NCBI GenBank assembly: GCA_050633305.1
Contig: JBOEGF010000007.1
Span: 192,001 to 256,000 of the forward strand
DNA: 64,000 nt
Direction: 5' to 3'
Source: Nannocystales bacterium
Lineage (GTDB): Bacteria > Myxococcota_A > Polyangia > Nannocystales > Nannocystaceae
Position 1 is the stretch's first letter; every line of letters starts with the position of its first letter. Under the pieces are notes generated by a model, which saw only the letters and a program-made list of their open reading frames with translations, was not told where the DNA came from and made no database searches. The translations under genes and the position numbers were made by a program. Positions 30,630 to 39,863 of the stretch are shown one piece after another.

Positions 30630-31598
30630 ATGGATGCAGTGGTGGGTTCGCTTCAATCGCTGTGGCTGATGTTGGCGTACGCGCCGGTGGTCCCTGCGCC
30701 CGCGGCCGCGCCTCCTCCCGCCGTGCCGCCTTCGGCTGAGGTGCTCGCTCCGGCCCCTGCACCGTCTCCGGCCGCAGCTCCTGCCCCAGCTCCTGCAGAC
30801 ACGCCGGCAGACACGCCGGCAGACACGGTGGCTGCCCCAGCCGAACCGGCTGCAAAGCCGGCCTCTGAGGCGACCTCCGAGCCCGTCCCCGCGACGCCGG
30901 CCGAGACTGTCACACAGGCGGGTGCTCGACAGCCAGAGTCGCAGCCACTCGACGCCGAGCCGGCATCGAACCCGGTCACACCCCACACGGTGACCTTGGT
31001 GCACCGGTCCTCGGTCTCCTCTTCGGCCCGGTACGAGTCGGCGCCGGTCCAGGACTCCCACGAGAAATTCTTCGTCTCCGGGTATGGCGGAATGACGACC
31101 CGTGGGTCCGCGGTCTCGGGGAAAATGGGGCTGCTCCGTGGCTACCACGGAGGTCTGCTTCTGGGTGATCGCTTGTCGATCGGGGTTGCCTACCACCGCC
31201 TGAAAAAGCGATTTGGCGCGTCGATCCTCGACGCCGAGAACCGACCCGTCGCGCTCGAGATGGCGTACGGCGGGCTGGAGGTCGGCGCCACTGTGGTGCG
31301 GCGCGGACGGTTTGAGCTCGGCGTTCAGACTCTGTTCGGAGGCGGCGCTTCGTGTCTGACCTACGACGTCAACGGCCGCAGCAGCGTGGCTGAGTGTGTG
31401 GAGTCCGTGCAGATGATGGTCCTCGAGCCCAGCGTGCTCGCCAACATCCGCGTGACCGACTGGATGCGGTTGGGTCTCGAGGGGGGATACCGCGGCGTCG
31501 CTCGGTCCGAGTGGGTCGCACCCACCGACTTCGATCTCGGAGGAGGCTTCTTCGGTCTCAACCTCGACTTCGGATGGTTCGCACGGCCGCAGGACTGA
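30630..31598 (+). CDS. Putative outer-membrane beta-barrel protein with Pro/Ala-rich N-terminus
   Basis: Alternating beta pattern (YGGLEVG, VLEPSV.ANI.VTDW.RLG..GGYR, GLNLDFGWF). Confidence 0.65.
   Translation: MDAVVGSLQSLWLMLAYAPVVPAPAAAPPPAVPPSAEVLAPAPAPSPAAAPAPAPADTPADTPADTVAAPAEPAAKPASEATSEPVPATPAETVTQAGARQPESQPLDAEPASNPVTPHTVTLVHRSSVSSSARYESAPVQDSHEKFFVSGYGGMTTRGSAVSGKMGLLRGYHGGLLLGDRLSIGVAYHRLKKRFGASILDAENRPVALEMAYGGLEVGATVVRRGRFELGVQTLFGGGASCLTYDVNGRSSVAECVESVQMMVLEPSVLANIRVTDWMRLGLEGGYRGVARSEWVAPTDFDLGGGFFGLNLDFGWFARPQD
30795..30828 (+). repeat. Coding 12-bp tandem repeat (ADTP, about x3)
   Basis: gcagacacgccg repeated. Confidence 0.75.
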
Positions 31599-31623
31599 CC
31601 TTCGCTCCCCTCCAAAACAAGAC

Positions 31624-31661
31624 AAGCGCGGCAGCCGATTCGATCGGCGCCGCGCTTTTTT
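31624..31661 (+). terminator. Intrinsic terminator between convergent genes
   Basis: AAGCGCGGC..GCCGCGCTT stem with inner GCCGAT/ATCGGC, followed by a T run. Confidence 0.8.
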
Positions 31662-31679
31662 GTGGCCTTGCGGATCGAG

Positions 31680-32246
31680 CTAGCTGAGGAACTTCACCGC
31701 GCCGGTGCCAAGCTCGTAGAACGCCGGCACGATTCGCACGCTGCCGGATTCCACGGCCTTGCGAATGATCTCGGACTTGCTGACGAGGTCCGCCGCGACA
31801 TGGGATGCGTTGGCGCGGACGACGTCGTTGACGTCCTCACTGGCGGCCTTCTCCTTGGCCGGTTGGATGTAGCCCAGGAGGGTGTTGAGGTTCGGCCCGT
31901 TGTCGCCGCCTGCGATGGCGGCTGTGACCGCTCCGCAGGACTCGTGTCCCAGGACGACGATGACCGACGTCTTGAGGTTGGCCACGGCGTACTCGATGCT
32001 GGCAACCGAGGAGGTGTTCGCAATGTTCCCGGCGACGCGAATGACGAACAACTCTCCGAGTCCAGCGTCAAACGCGAATTCTGGGACGACGCGGGAGTCG
32101 GCACAGCTGAGGATGATCGCGTCGGGGGCTTGGCCGCTGGTCAGTGCGGTCCGGCGCGCGCTGTCTTGCAGCTTGCCGTCGAGCTTGTCTGCAACGAAGC
32201 GGGCATTGCCAGCCTCGAGCCGCTGAAGGGTTTGTTCGATGGACAT
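31680..32246 (-). CDS. Beta-class carbonic anhydrase
   Basis: L.RL..GN.RF, CADSRV.PE, RVAGN, GHESCGAV. Confidence 0.95.
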   Translation of the reverse strand: MSIEQTLQRLEAGNARFVADKLDGKLQDSARRTALTSGQAPDAIILSCADSRVVPEFAFDAGLGELFVIRVAGNIANTSSVASIEYAVANLKTSVIVVLGHESCGAVTAAIAGGDNGPNLNTLLGYIQPAKEKAASEDVNDVVRANASHVAADLVSKSEIIRKAVESGSVRIVPAFYELGTGAVKFLS

Positions 32247-32412
32247 CTCGAGCGCAGCGTAGCAGCCCCGGACGAAACCTGACACGGCCAGCGCTTAGGA
32301 TCTTCCGTCTGTGGAGCCCTGGGCGCGTCCCGGTGTGGCGCCCTTCGGGTGCCGGAGTGTCATCGAGCACGGGGCCCGGCTGTGTCGCGGTCGTCTTGAT
32401 ACCGTGCAGCCG

Positions 32413-33912
32413 ATGAGTTCGTTGCCGATCACCACCCGCCATGGCAAAGCGCTGTCTGCCTCCGGGCGCCGCCCGCCCGATGCTCCGGTGTGGATCGACG
32501 AGATCGACAATCCCTACCTGCACGGGTTGTTCGCACCGATTCAGACCGAGTTGCAGACCGACCAACTCACGGTCGTCGAAGGCGAGCTTCCCCGGGACCT
32601 CCGCGGTGGATATTTCCGCAACGGCCCCAACGCAGCACGTGCGCCCAAGAATCGCTACCACTGGTTCGACGGCGACGGAATGGTGCATGGGATCTGGTTC
32701 GAGGACGGCAAGGCCCGCTATGCGAATCGTTATGTGGGCACGGCGGGGCTTCAGTTGGAAGCCGAGCGCGACACGACGATCTGGCCCGGCGTCCTGGGGC
32801 CCTTCGACTTCTCTGCGCCGTTGGGGCCGCTCAAAGACACGGCGAACACCGACCTCATCGAAGTGAACGGACGCCTGCTGGCGCTTTGGTACGAGTCGGG
32901 AAAACCCTACGTGCTCGATCCCAACACGCTGGAGCCTCAGGGGATCGAGGACTTCGGCGGGCGCCTCACGTTTCCGTTGTCGGCACACTCCAAGGTGGAC
33001 CCCAACAGCGGGGACTTCATCTTCTTCAGCTACGGCGACCGGCCACCTTACATGCGCTACGGCGTGCTCACGGCGCAGGGCCAGCTGCATCACGTCGACA
33101 TCGACCTTCCGGGTCCTCGTCGGCCGCACGACATCGGGGTGACGCCTCGCTTCTCCATTCTCCACGACTTCCCGGTGTTCTACGATCCCGAGCTCTTTGC
33201 GAAGAAAGGGAAGCGAGTCCCGCTGTTTCATCCCGAGGTCCCGACTCGCTTCGGCGTCATTCCGCGGTTGGGCACCAACGAGGACGTGCGCTGGTTCGAG
33301 TGCGAACCCTGCTACATGCTGCACGTCGTCAACTGTTGGGAAGAGGGCGACTGGGTCGTGATGGTCGGATGCCGGACCGCGGATCCGTCGCTTCACCCCG
33401 ACCCCGAGGACGGCCGGATCGCCGCCATGCTCAGCGGCCTCAAGCTGCAGGCCAACCTCTATCGCTGGCGGTTGAACATGAAGTCCGGCGCCGTCGAGGA
33501 GGGGCCGCTTGATGACTCGAACGCCGAGTTTCCGATGATCCGTCCCTCGGTCATGGGGGAGGCGAATCGGTGGGCATACCTGCAACACATCCCCCACGAA
33601 GTGCCTGCGACGTTTGAGGGCCTGATGAAGTTCGATGTGCGATCCGGCGCCTCGACGGCGTTCCAGTACGGACCGGGCGTGTTCGGAAGCGAGAGCCCGT
33701 TTGCCCCCCGGCCCGATGGTGACGAAGAAGACGACGGTTACCTGGTCACGTTCGTCACCGACACCGCCGACTGGAGCAGCGCATGTCTGGTCTTCGATGC
33801 CCGTGACATCGCCCAAGGCCCACTCGCCAAGGTCGCGCTTCCGCAGCGGGTTCCGGCTGGTTTTCACGCGATCTGGATCGACGGAGCGGTTCTCGATGGC
33901 GCTGCGTCCTGA
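32413..33912 (+). CDS. Carotenoid/stilbene cleavage oxygenase family protein
   Basis: NPYL.G.FAP, RNGPN, HWFDGDGMVH; four Fe-His (SAH, PHD, LHV.N, GFH). Confidence 0.93.
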   Translation: MSSLPITTRHGKALSASGRRPPDAPVWIDEIDNPYLHGLFAPIQTELQTDQLTVVEGELPRDLRGGYFRNGPNAARAPKNRYHWFDGDGMVHGIWFEDGKARYANRYVGTAGLQLEAERDTTIWPGVLGPFDFSAPLGPLKDTANTDLIEVNGRLLALWYESGKPYVLDPNTLEPQGIEDFGGRLTFPLSAHSKVDPNSGDFIFFSYGDRPPYMRYGVLTAQGQLHHVDIDLPGPRRPHDIGVTPRFSILHDFPVFYDPELFAKKGKRVPLFHPEVPTRFGVIPRLGTNEDVRWFECEPCYMLHVVNCWEEGDWVVMVGCRTADPSLHPDPEDGRIAAMLSGLKLQANLYRWRLNMKSGAVEEGPLDDSNAEFPMIRPSVMGEANRWAYLQHIPHEVPATFEGLMKFDVRSGASTAFQYGPGVFGSESPFAPRPDGDEEDDGYLVTFVTDTADWSSACLVFDARDIAQGPLAKVALPQRVPAGFHAIWIDGAVLDGAAS

Positions 33913-34333
33913 AGACCTCGTCGGCACCTGGGAACTCGAGGTGTTCGAGGTCGAGCTCGCGGACGGAAGGCGGGTGTTCCCGATGGGAGCCGACGCCCGC
34001 GGGAGCCTGATGTACACCGAGGATGGAAGGATGTCGGCGACGCTCAGCGCTGCCGAGCGCGCGCCGCTTTCGGTGCCACGCCTCGAGGCGTTCGCGCGTG
34101 CGCCCTCGTCGGAGAAAGCCGCTGCGTTCGACTCGTATCTCGCGTACGTGGGCCGATACACGGTCGAGCCCGGCGCTGTTGTGCATCATGTCGAACTCGC
34201 GTCGGTGCCCAACATCGTCGGCGCGAACCAGCGGCGAGACGCGACCCTCGAAGCAGACCACCTCACCCTGCGGTACGCCGTCGATGGCGACCGAGGCTCT
34301 CGACACAACACTTTGCGATGGCGACGCTCGTAG
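33896..34333 (+). CDS. Lipocalin-like domain protein
   Basis: LVGTW.L, G.LMYT.DG.MSA, YLAY.G.Y, L.WRR; overlaps both neighbours. Confidence 0.85.
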   Translation: MALRPEDLVGTWELEVFEVELADGRRVFPMGADARGSLMYTEDGRMSATLSAAERAPLSVPRLEAFARAPSSEKAAAFDSYLAYVGRYTVEPGAVVHHVELASVPNIVGANQRRDATLEADHLTLRYAVDGDRGSRHNTLRWRRS

Positions 34334-36012
34334 ACTCCTGGTTCTCTTCTCACGCGCCGCGCCTGGAGCGAGCGGTGCAGGCCTGCGCAACGCGAGAAGC
34401 GTGGACGCCGTTCGTCGAGTCCCCCTCAGGGAAGCTGCACCCCCCGGGAGCCAAGGACGCGGGGCTCGAGTGGTTCCAGTCCGTGCTGGGCCGCTCGTTC
34501 CCGCTCTCGATGCCAGGGGAAGTCGGACGCACCGGGGCCGAGGTTTCGCCCTACAGCAGAGAGTCTCTGGGCATCGATTACCCCAAGGTCGAGGTCGACC
34601 CGTTGATGGCCGCAGCCCAGGCGGCCATCCCGACGTGGCGCAAGGCATCGATGCAGACCCGGGTTGGCGTGTGCATGGAGATCCTGGACCGGCTCGCTCA
34701 GGACGTGTTCGCGAACGCGTTTGCCACGATGCACACCGCAGGGCAGGGGTTCATGATGAGCTTCGCGGGAAGCGGCGCAAACTCGCTCGATCGGGGCCTC
34801 GAGGGGCTCGCCTTCGCGTACAAGGCCATGAAGGACATCCCCACCGAAGCGGTGTTCGAACGTCGCTTTGGCGGGGAGGTTGTTCGACTGCGCAAGCGCT
34901 ACCGCCTGATGCCGCGTGGGGTGGCGGTCGTGGTGTCATGCGGTTCCTACCCCGCCTGGAATGCGTACCCAGCCTTGTTCGCAAACCTGGCCACGGCCAA
35001 TCCCGTCGTGCTCAAGCCGCATCCGGAGTGCATTCTCCCGATGGCCCGCGCGGTACAGATCGCTCGCGAGACCATCCTCGAGGCTGGGTTCGACCCGAAC
35101 CTGGTCACGTTGGCGGCCGATACCCGGGCTGAGCCGGTCACGAAAGAGCTGCTGAAGCACCCACAGACCGCGATCATCGACTTCACGGGGAGTCAGCGGT
35201 TTGGGGCCTGGATCGAGGCGAACTGCGGGCATGCGGACGTGTACACAGAGACTGCAGGGTGCAATGCGGTTGTGGTCGAGTCTGCCCGGGCACTTGAGCC
35301 CGTGCTCGATGCGATCGCGCAGAGTCTGTGTCTGTTCTCCGCACAGATGTGCACCGCGGCGCAGAACATCTTCGTGCCGGCCCTGGGCGTGCGCGTGGGT
35401 GATTCTCGGGTGCTTCCGGACGCATTTGCGGCAGGACTGGTGGAGGCCATCGACCGAATGCTGGCAGACCCGAAACACGCGGCGGGCATCTGCGGTGCGC
35501 TGCAAACCGATACGATCGAGGCGACGCTTCACCGGCTTGGTTCGCATCCCGGCGTGGTCCGTCCGAGTAAGCCGTACGCGCATCCGCAGCATCCCAATGC
35601 TCGCACCGCGACTCCGTTGGTGCTTCGCACGTCGGCGCCAGACTCTATCTACCAGCAGGAACACTTCGGTCCGGTTGGGTTCGTGATCGAAGCGCACGAC
35701 CGCGAGCATGCGCTCGCACAGGCGGCGCACGACGCAGGGCATTTCGGCTCGATCGCCAACTACGCCTACTCGGTCGACCCCGCGTTCCTCGAGGCCATCG
35801 AAGACGCGTTCGCGGACCACGGCGCCTCGGTCGGAATCAACCTGCTCGGGCAGCGGCCGATCAACTTCACGGCAGCGTTCAGCGACTATCACGTCACCGG
35901 GCTCAACCCCGCCGGAAACGCCTGCCTCACCGACCTTGCGTTCGTCACCCGACGCTTCCGCATCGTGCAATCCAAGACTGAAGAACCATGCCTCGCATCG
36001 ACGACATCCTGA
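34318..36012 (+). CDS. PaaN-like aldehyde dehydrogenase
   Basis: E.SPY..LGI.YP, HT.GQ.FMM, DRGLEG.A, DFTGS, ETAG.N, QMCT, FSDYHVTG.NPAGNA. Confidence 0.87.
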   Translation: MATLVDSWFSSHAPRLERAVQACATREAWTPFVESPSGKLHPPGAKDAGLEWFQSVLGRSFPLSMPGEVGRTGAEVSPYSRESLGIDYPKVEVDPLMAAAQAAIPTWRKASMQTRVGVCMEILDRLAQDVFANAFATMHTAGQGFMMSFAGSGANSLDRGLEGLAFAYKAMKDIPTEAVFERRFGGEVVRLRKRYRLMPRGVAVVVSCGSYPAWNAYPALFANLATANPVVLKPHPECILPMARAVQIARETILEAGFDPNLVTLAADTRAEPVTKELLKHPQTAIIDFTGSQRFGAWIEANCGHADVYTETAGCNAVVVESARALEPVLDAIAQSLCLFSAQMCTAAQNIFVPALGVRVGDSRVLPDAFAAGLVEAIDRMLADPKHAAGICGALQTDTIEATLHRLGSHPGVVRPSKPYAHPQHPNARTATPLVLRTSAPDSIYQQEHFGPVGFVIEAHDREHALAQAAHDAGHFGSIANYAYSVDPAFLEAIEDAFADHGASVGINLLGQRPINFTAAFSDYHVTGLNPAGNACLTDLAFVTRRFRIVQSKTEEPCLASTTS

Positions 36013-37172
36013 TCCTGGACGGAGCCCGCACCGCGGTGGGGGCGTTCCTCGGTGGCCTCAGCCGTGTCACCCCAACCTCGCTCGGCGTGGCTGCGGCCAC
36101 CGGTGCGCTACGCAGGGCCGGCATTGAACCGGAACGTATCGACGCGACGATCTTCGGCAACGTGCTCCAGTCGGCCAAAGACTCGGTGTACCTCGCACGC
36201 CACGTGGGTTTGCAGGCGGGTGTCCCCGAAGACCGCCCCGCGTTGGTCGTAAACCGGGCGTGCGCCTCGGGCCTCGAGGCCGTGATTCAAGGCGCGAAGG
36301 CGATGGCCGTGGGCGAGGCAGGCTTCATCCTCGCGGGCGGGGCCGAGAACATGAGTCTGACGCCGTACGCGATGCGTGGGGTCCGTCAGGGCTGGAAGAT
36401 GATCAAGTCGGACGTCGACGACATGCTGTTCAGCGCGTTGTTCGATCCGATGGCCGGGTGCTCGATTGGAGAGACCGTGGAGCATCTGGCGGCGGAGCTG
36501 GGCATCACGAGACAGGAGGCGGACGCGATGGCGGTGGAAGGGCAGCGCCGCGCCGCAGCGGCCGTGGCCGGGGGCGTCTACGCGGAGGAGATCGTACCCG
36601 TGACCGCAGGAAGTCGCCGAAAGCCCGTGGTGGTCGAAGTCGATGAGGCGCCCCGTCCGGAGTCCACGATGGAGATGCTCGCGGGACTGCCCGGGCTCTA
36701 CGAAGGCGGCATCAACACGGCTGGTAACTCCTGCGGACTCAACGACGCAGCCGCCGCCGTGGTCATGGCGACCGCAGACGCAGCAAAGGCAGCCGGTGCA
36801 ACGGCACTGGGGCGAGTGGTCAGCTGGGCCAGCGTGGGCGTGGCCCCCAAATCGATGGGGCTGGGTCCGATCGAGGCGAGCCGGAAGGCGCTGGGTGATG
36901 CGGGGCTTTCGGTGAGCGACCTCGACGTCATCGAGCTCAACGACTCCTTCGCAGTGCAGTCCGTCGCGGTTCAACGGGCGCTGGAGTTGGACCCGAGCAA
37001 GGTGAATCCGAACGGCGGGGCGGTCGCGCTGGGGCACCCGATGGCGGCGACCGGGACGCGTCTGGTGCTCTCGGCGCTGTACGAACTCCGCCGGAGGCAG
37101 GGACGGTACGCGTTGGCCACGGTGTGTGTGGGCGGCGGCCAAGGGACAGCCATCGTGCTCGAGCGGGTCTGA
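35988..37172 (+). CDS. Thiolase (acetyl-CoA C-acyltransferase)
   Basis: NRACASG, GGAENMS, GHP..ATG, CVGGGQG. Confidence 0.93.
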   Translation: MPRIDDILILDGARTAVGAFLGGLSRVTPTSLGVAAATGALRRAGIEPERIDATIFGNVLQSAKDSVYLARHVGLQAGVPEDRPALVVNRACASGLEAVIQGAKAMAVGEAGFILAGGAENMSLTPYAMRGVRQGWKMIKSDVDDMLFSALFDPMAGCSIGETVEHLAAELGITRQEADAMAVEGQRRAAAAVAGGVYAEEIVPVTAGSRRKPVVVEVDEAPRPESTMEMLAGLPGLYEGGINTAGNSCGLNDAAAAVVMATADAAKAAGATALGRVVSWASVGVAPKSMGLGPIEASRKALGDAGLSVSDLDVIELNDSFAVQSVAVQRALELDPSKVNPNGGAVALGHPMAATGTRLVLSALYELRRRQGRYALATVCVGGGQGTAIVLERV

Positions 37173-37229
37173 GCGCCGTGACTGGCACGGACCGGTTGTG
37201 TCCGGACGGGGAACGGGCAACCCTCGGGC

Positions 37230-38021
37230 GTGACCACTGCCGACCGTCCCCGAATTCGGACCGAAGTCCACGGCGCCGTCTTGCTGCTCGTCCTCGACCG
37301 CGCGGAAAAACGAAACGCGTTCGACCTGCGGATGCTTCGCGAGCTGGCGGAAGCGCTGACCCGCTACGAGACGGACGAGGCGCTTCGTTGTGCAGTGTTG
37401 GCGGCAGATGGCGAGCACTTCACGGCGGGTTTGGATCTCGCGGAGGTCGGGCCCGCGGTCGCTGATGGTGCGTCGTTGTTCCCCGATGGCGCAGTCGACC
37501 CGCTCAACATGCACCCACCACTGCGTCGCAAGCCTCTGATCATGGCGGTCCAGGGCTGGTGTCTGACGATCGGCATCGAGCTGTTGCTCGCCGCCGACAT
37601 TCGACTGGCCGCGACGGGGACGCGCCTCGGGCAGATCGAGATCAATCGCGGCATCTTTCCGTTTGGTGGTGCCACGGTCCGGCTTCCCCAGATCGCGGGC
37701 TGGGGGAATGCGATGCGTTGGCTCCTCACCGGAGATGTCTTCGACGCCCAGGAGGCGCTGCGTATTGGGCTCGTGCAGGAGGTGATTCCGGAGGCTTCGC
37801 TGCGAGCACGGGCGCTGGAACTCGCGGCGACGGTTGCCAAGCGGGCACCGTTGGGCGTGCAGGCGACGCTTGCCTCCGCGGCCCAGGCCGAGCTGCAAGG
37901 CCACCAAGCGGCGATCGACGGGTTACTCCCCACCGCCATGAAGCTGATGGCGAGTGAGGACGCCGCCGAGGGGCTTCGCTCGTTCGTCGAACGTCGAGAC
38001 GGCGTGTTCACCGGCCGCTGA
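37230..38021 (+). CDS. Enoyl-CoA hydratase/crotonase family protein
   Basis: FTAGLDL, KP.I.AVQG.C, EL.LA.DI, EINRGIFPFGG. Confidence 0.92.
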   Translation: MTTADRPRIRTEVHGAVLLLVLDRAEKRNAFDLRMLRELAEALTRYETDEALRCAVLAADGEHFTAGLDLAEVGPAVADGASLFPDGAVDPLNMHPPLRRKPLIMAVQGWCLTIGIELLLAADIRLAATGTRLGQIEINRGIFPFGGATVRLPQIAGWGNAMRWLLTGDVFDAQEALRIGLVQEVIPEASLRARALELAATVAKRAPLGVQATLASAAQAELQGHQAAIDGLLPTAMKLMASEDAAEGLRSFVERRDGVFTGR

Positions 38022-38048
38022 ACTCGCGGAGATTCGGACGAGGAGGCG

Positions 38049-39860
38049 GTGTGGGCGGTCGATGCCGTCGTACACTTCGACCGTCCGATGTCCCTCGAGA
38101 CCGAACCCTTCCGCACGCTTCTTGAAGACCTCGCGTTCGTCGTGTTCGACGTGCTGAAGCAGCCGGACCGGGCGGAGCATGAGCCGCTGATCGAGGCGGC
38201 GATTCGCTTGGCCGCCGAACGGTTTGCCACACATGCGGCCAAGTCCGATGCCCACGAACCAACGTGGGATGGCGAGCACTTGCACCTCATCCCAGAGATT
38301 CAGCAAGCGCTCCGCGAGTTCATCGACGGAGGATTCCTCGCCGCTCCATTCCCGGAGTCCGATGGCGGGTTGGGGCTCCCGTACACGGTCTATCAATCGA
38401 TGATGGCCGCGTTCCAAGCCGCAAACCCGGGAACCTGCGCCTACCCGTTTCTCACCTCGGCGGCGGCCAACCTGTTGCGGGTGTTTGGAAGCGAGTCGCA
38501 GAAGGGGCGGTTCATGCGACCGATGATCGACGGGCGTTTCTTCGGGACGATGTGCTTGTCCGAGCCCCACGCCGGTTCCTCGCTGGCGGACATCCGTTGC
38601 CGAGCGCTCCCGCAGCCCGACGGCACGTTCCACCTCGAGGGAGACAAAATGTGGATCTCGGCCGGCGAGCACGGTCTCTGCGAGACGATCGTGCACTTGG
38701 TCCTTGCACGGCTGCCCGATGCGCCCGACGGGGTCCGCGGCATCTCGTTGTTCCTGGTGCCGCGCAATCAGGTCGCGGAGGACGGGACGGTGGGCCCACG
38801 GAACGGCGTGTCGCTGATCGGTCTCAACCACAAGATGGGCTACCGCGGGGCGGTCAACACGGCGCTGGCGTTCGGCGCCGACGCGCCGGCCGTTGGGGAG
38901 TTGGTCGGTGCTCCGAACCAGGGCCTTGCCGCGATGTTCCACATGATGAACGAAGCCCGTATCGGTGTGGGGCTAGGGGCGGCGATGATCGGCTACGCCG
39001 GCTACCGCGTCTCGGTGGCCTACGCTCGTGATCGAGTTCAGGGGCGTCACCCCGATGAGAAGGGCGGGAAGGCGGTCCCCATCGTGGAGCACGCCGATGT
39101 CCGGCGCATGCTGTTGACCCAGAAGGTCTACGCCGAGGGGGGGATGGCGTTGACCCTGTACTGCGCGCGTCTCGTCGACGATGCGCAGGCGGCATCCGAC
39201 GACGAATCGAAACGGCGATGCGCCGACCTCCTCGGGATGCTCACCCCGATTGCGAAAGCCTGGCCGTCCGAGCATGGACCGATCGCCAACGACCTGGCCA
39301 TTCAAGTCTTCGGGGGCAGTGGCTACACGCGCGACTACCCGGTTGAGCGCTACTACCGAGACAACCGTCTCAACCCAATTCATGAGGGCACCAACGGAGT
39401 GCAGGGGTTGGACCTGCTTGGGCGAAAGGTCATGCAGGACCGGGGGCGGGCCTTCGGTCGACTCTGCTCGAAGGTCCAATCGGCGATCGAGCGGGCGGGA
39501 GGGTTCGACGAACTCGCGGACGACCGAGGGGCGCTGGCCCACGCGTTGGGCCGTGTCGTCGAGACCACCGGGATCCTGGGCACGGCCGCTGCGGCTGGGA
39601 AGGTTCGGTTGGCGCTGGCGAACGCGACCGAGTATCTGCACATGCTCGGGCACGTGGTCGTGGGTTGGATGTGGCTCGAGCAGGCGATGGCGGCGATTAC
39701 GGGGCGTGACGCAGGGACCACCGACCCAGACTTCGCTGCCGGCAAGATCCACGCATCGCGGTTCTTCTGCCGCTACGAGCTTCCCAGGGTCGACCGACGG
39801 GCCACGCTCTTGAACAGGCTCGACGACACCACGATGACGATGCCGGATGCCGGGTTCTAA
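38049..39860 (+). CDS. Acyl-CoA dehydrogenase
   Basis: GTMCLSEPHAGSSL, G.KMWISAGEH, MFHMMNEAR, QVFGG.GY, IHEGTNG; alternative start 38088. Confidence 0.93.
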   Translation: MWAVDAVVHFDRPMSLETEPFRTLLEDLAFVVFDVLKQPDRAEHEPLIEAAIRLAAERFATHAAKSDAHEPTWDGEHLHLIPEIQQALREFIDGGFLAAPFPESDGGLGLPYTVYQSMMAAFQAANPGTCAYPFLTSAAANLLRVFGSESQKGRFMRPMIDGRFFGTMCLSEPHAGSSLADIRCRALPQPDGTFHLEGDKMWISAGEHGLCETIVHLVLARLPDAPDGVRGISLFLVPRNQVAEDGTVGPRNGVSLIGLNHKMGYRGAVNTALAFGADAPAVGELVGAPNQGLAAMFHMMNEARIGVGLGAAMIGYAGYRVSVAYARDRVQGRHPDEKGGKAVPIVEHADVRRMLLTQKVYAEGGMALTLYCARLVDDAQAASDDESKRRCADLLGMLTPIAKAWPSEHGPIANDLAIQVFGGSGYTRDYPVERYYRDNRLNPIHEGTNGVQGLDLLGRKVMQDRGRAFGRLCSKVQSAIERAGGFDELADDRGALAHALGRVVETTGILGTAAAAGKVRLALANATEYLHMLGHVVVGWMWLEQAMAAITGRDAGTTDPDFAAGKIHASRFFCRYELPRVDRRATLLNRLDDTTMTMPDAGF

Positions 39861-39863
39861 GGC

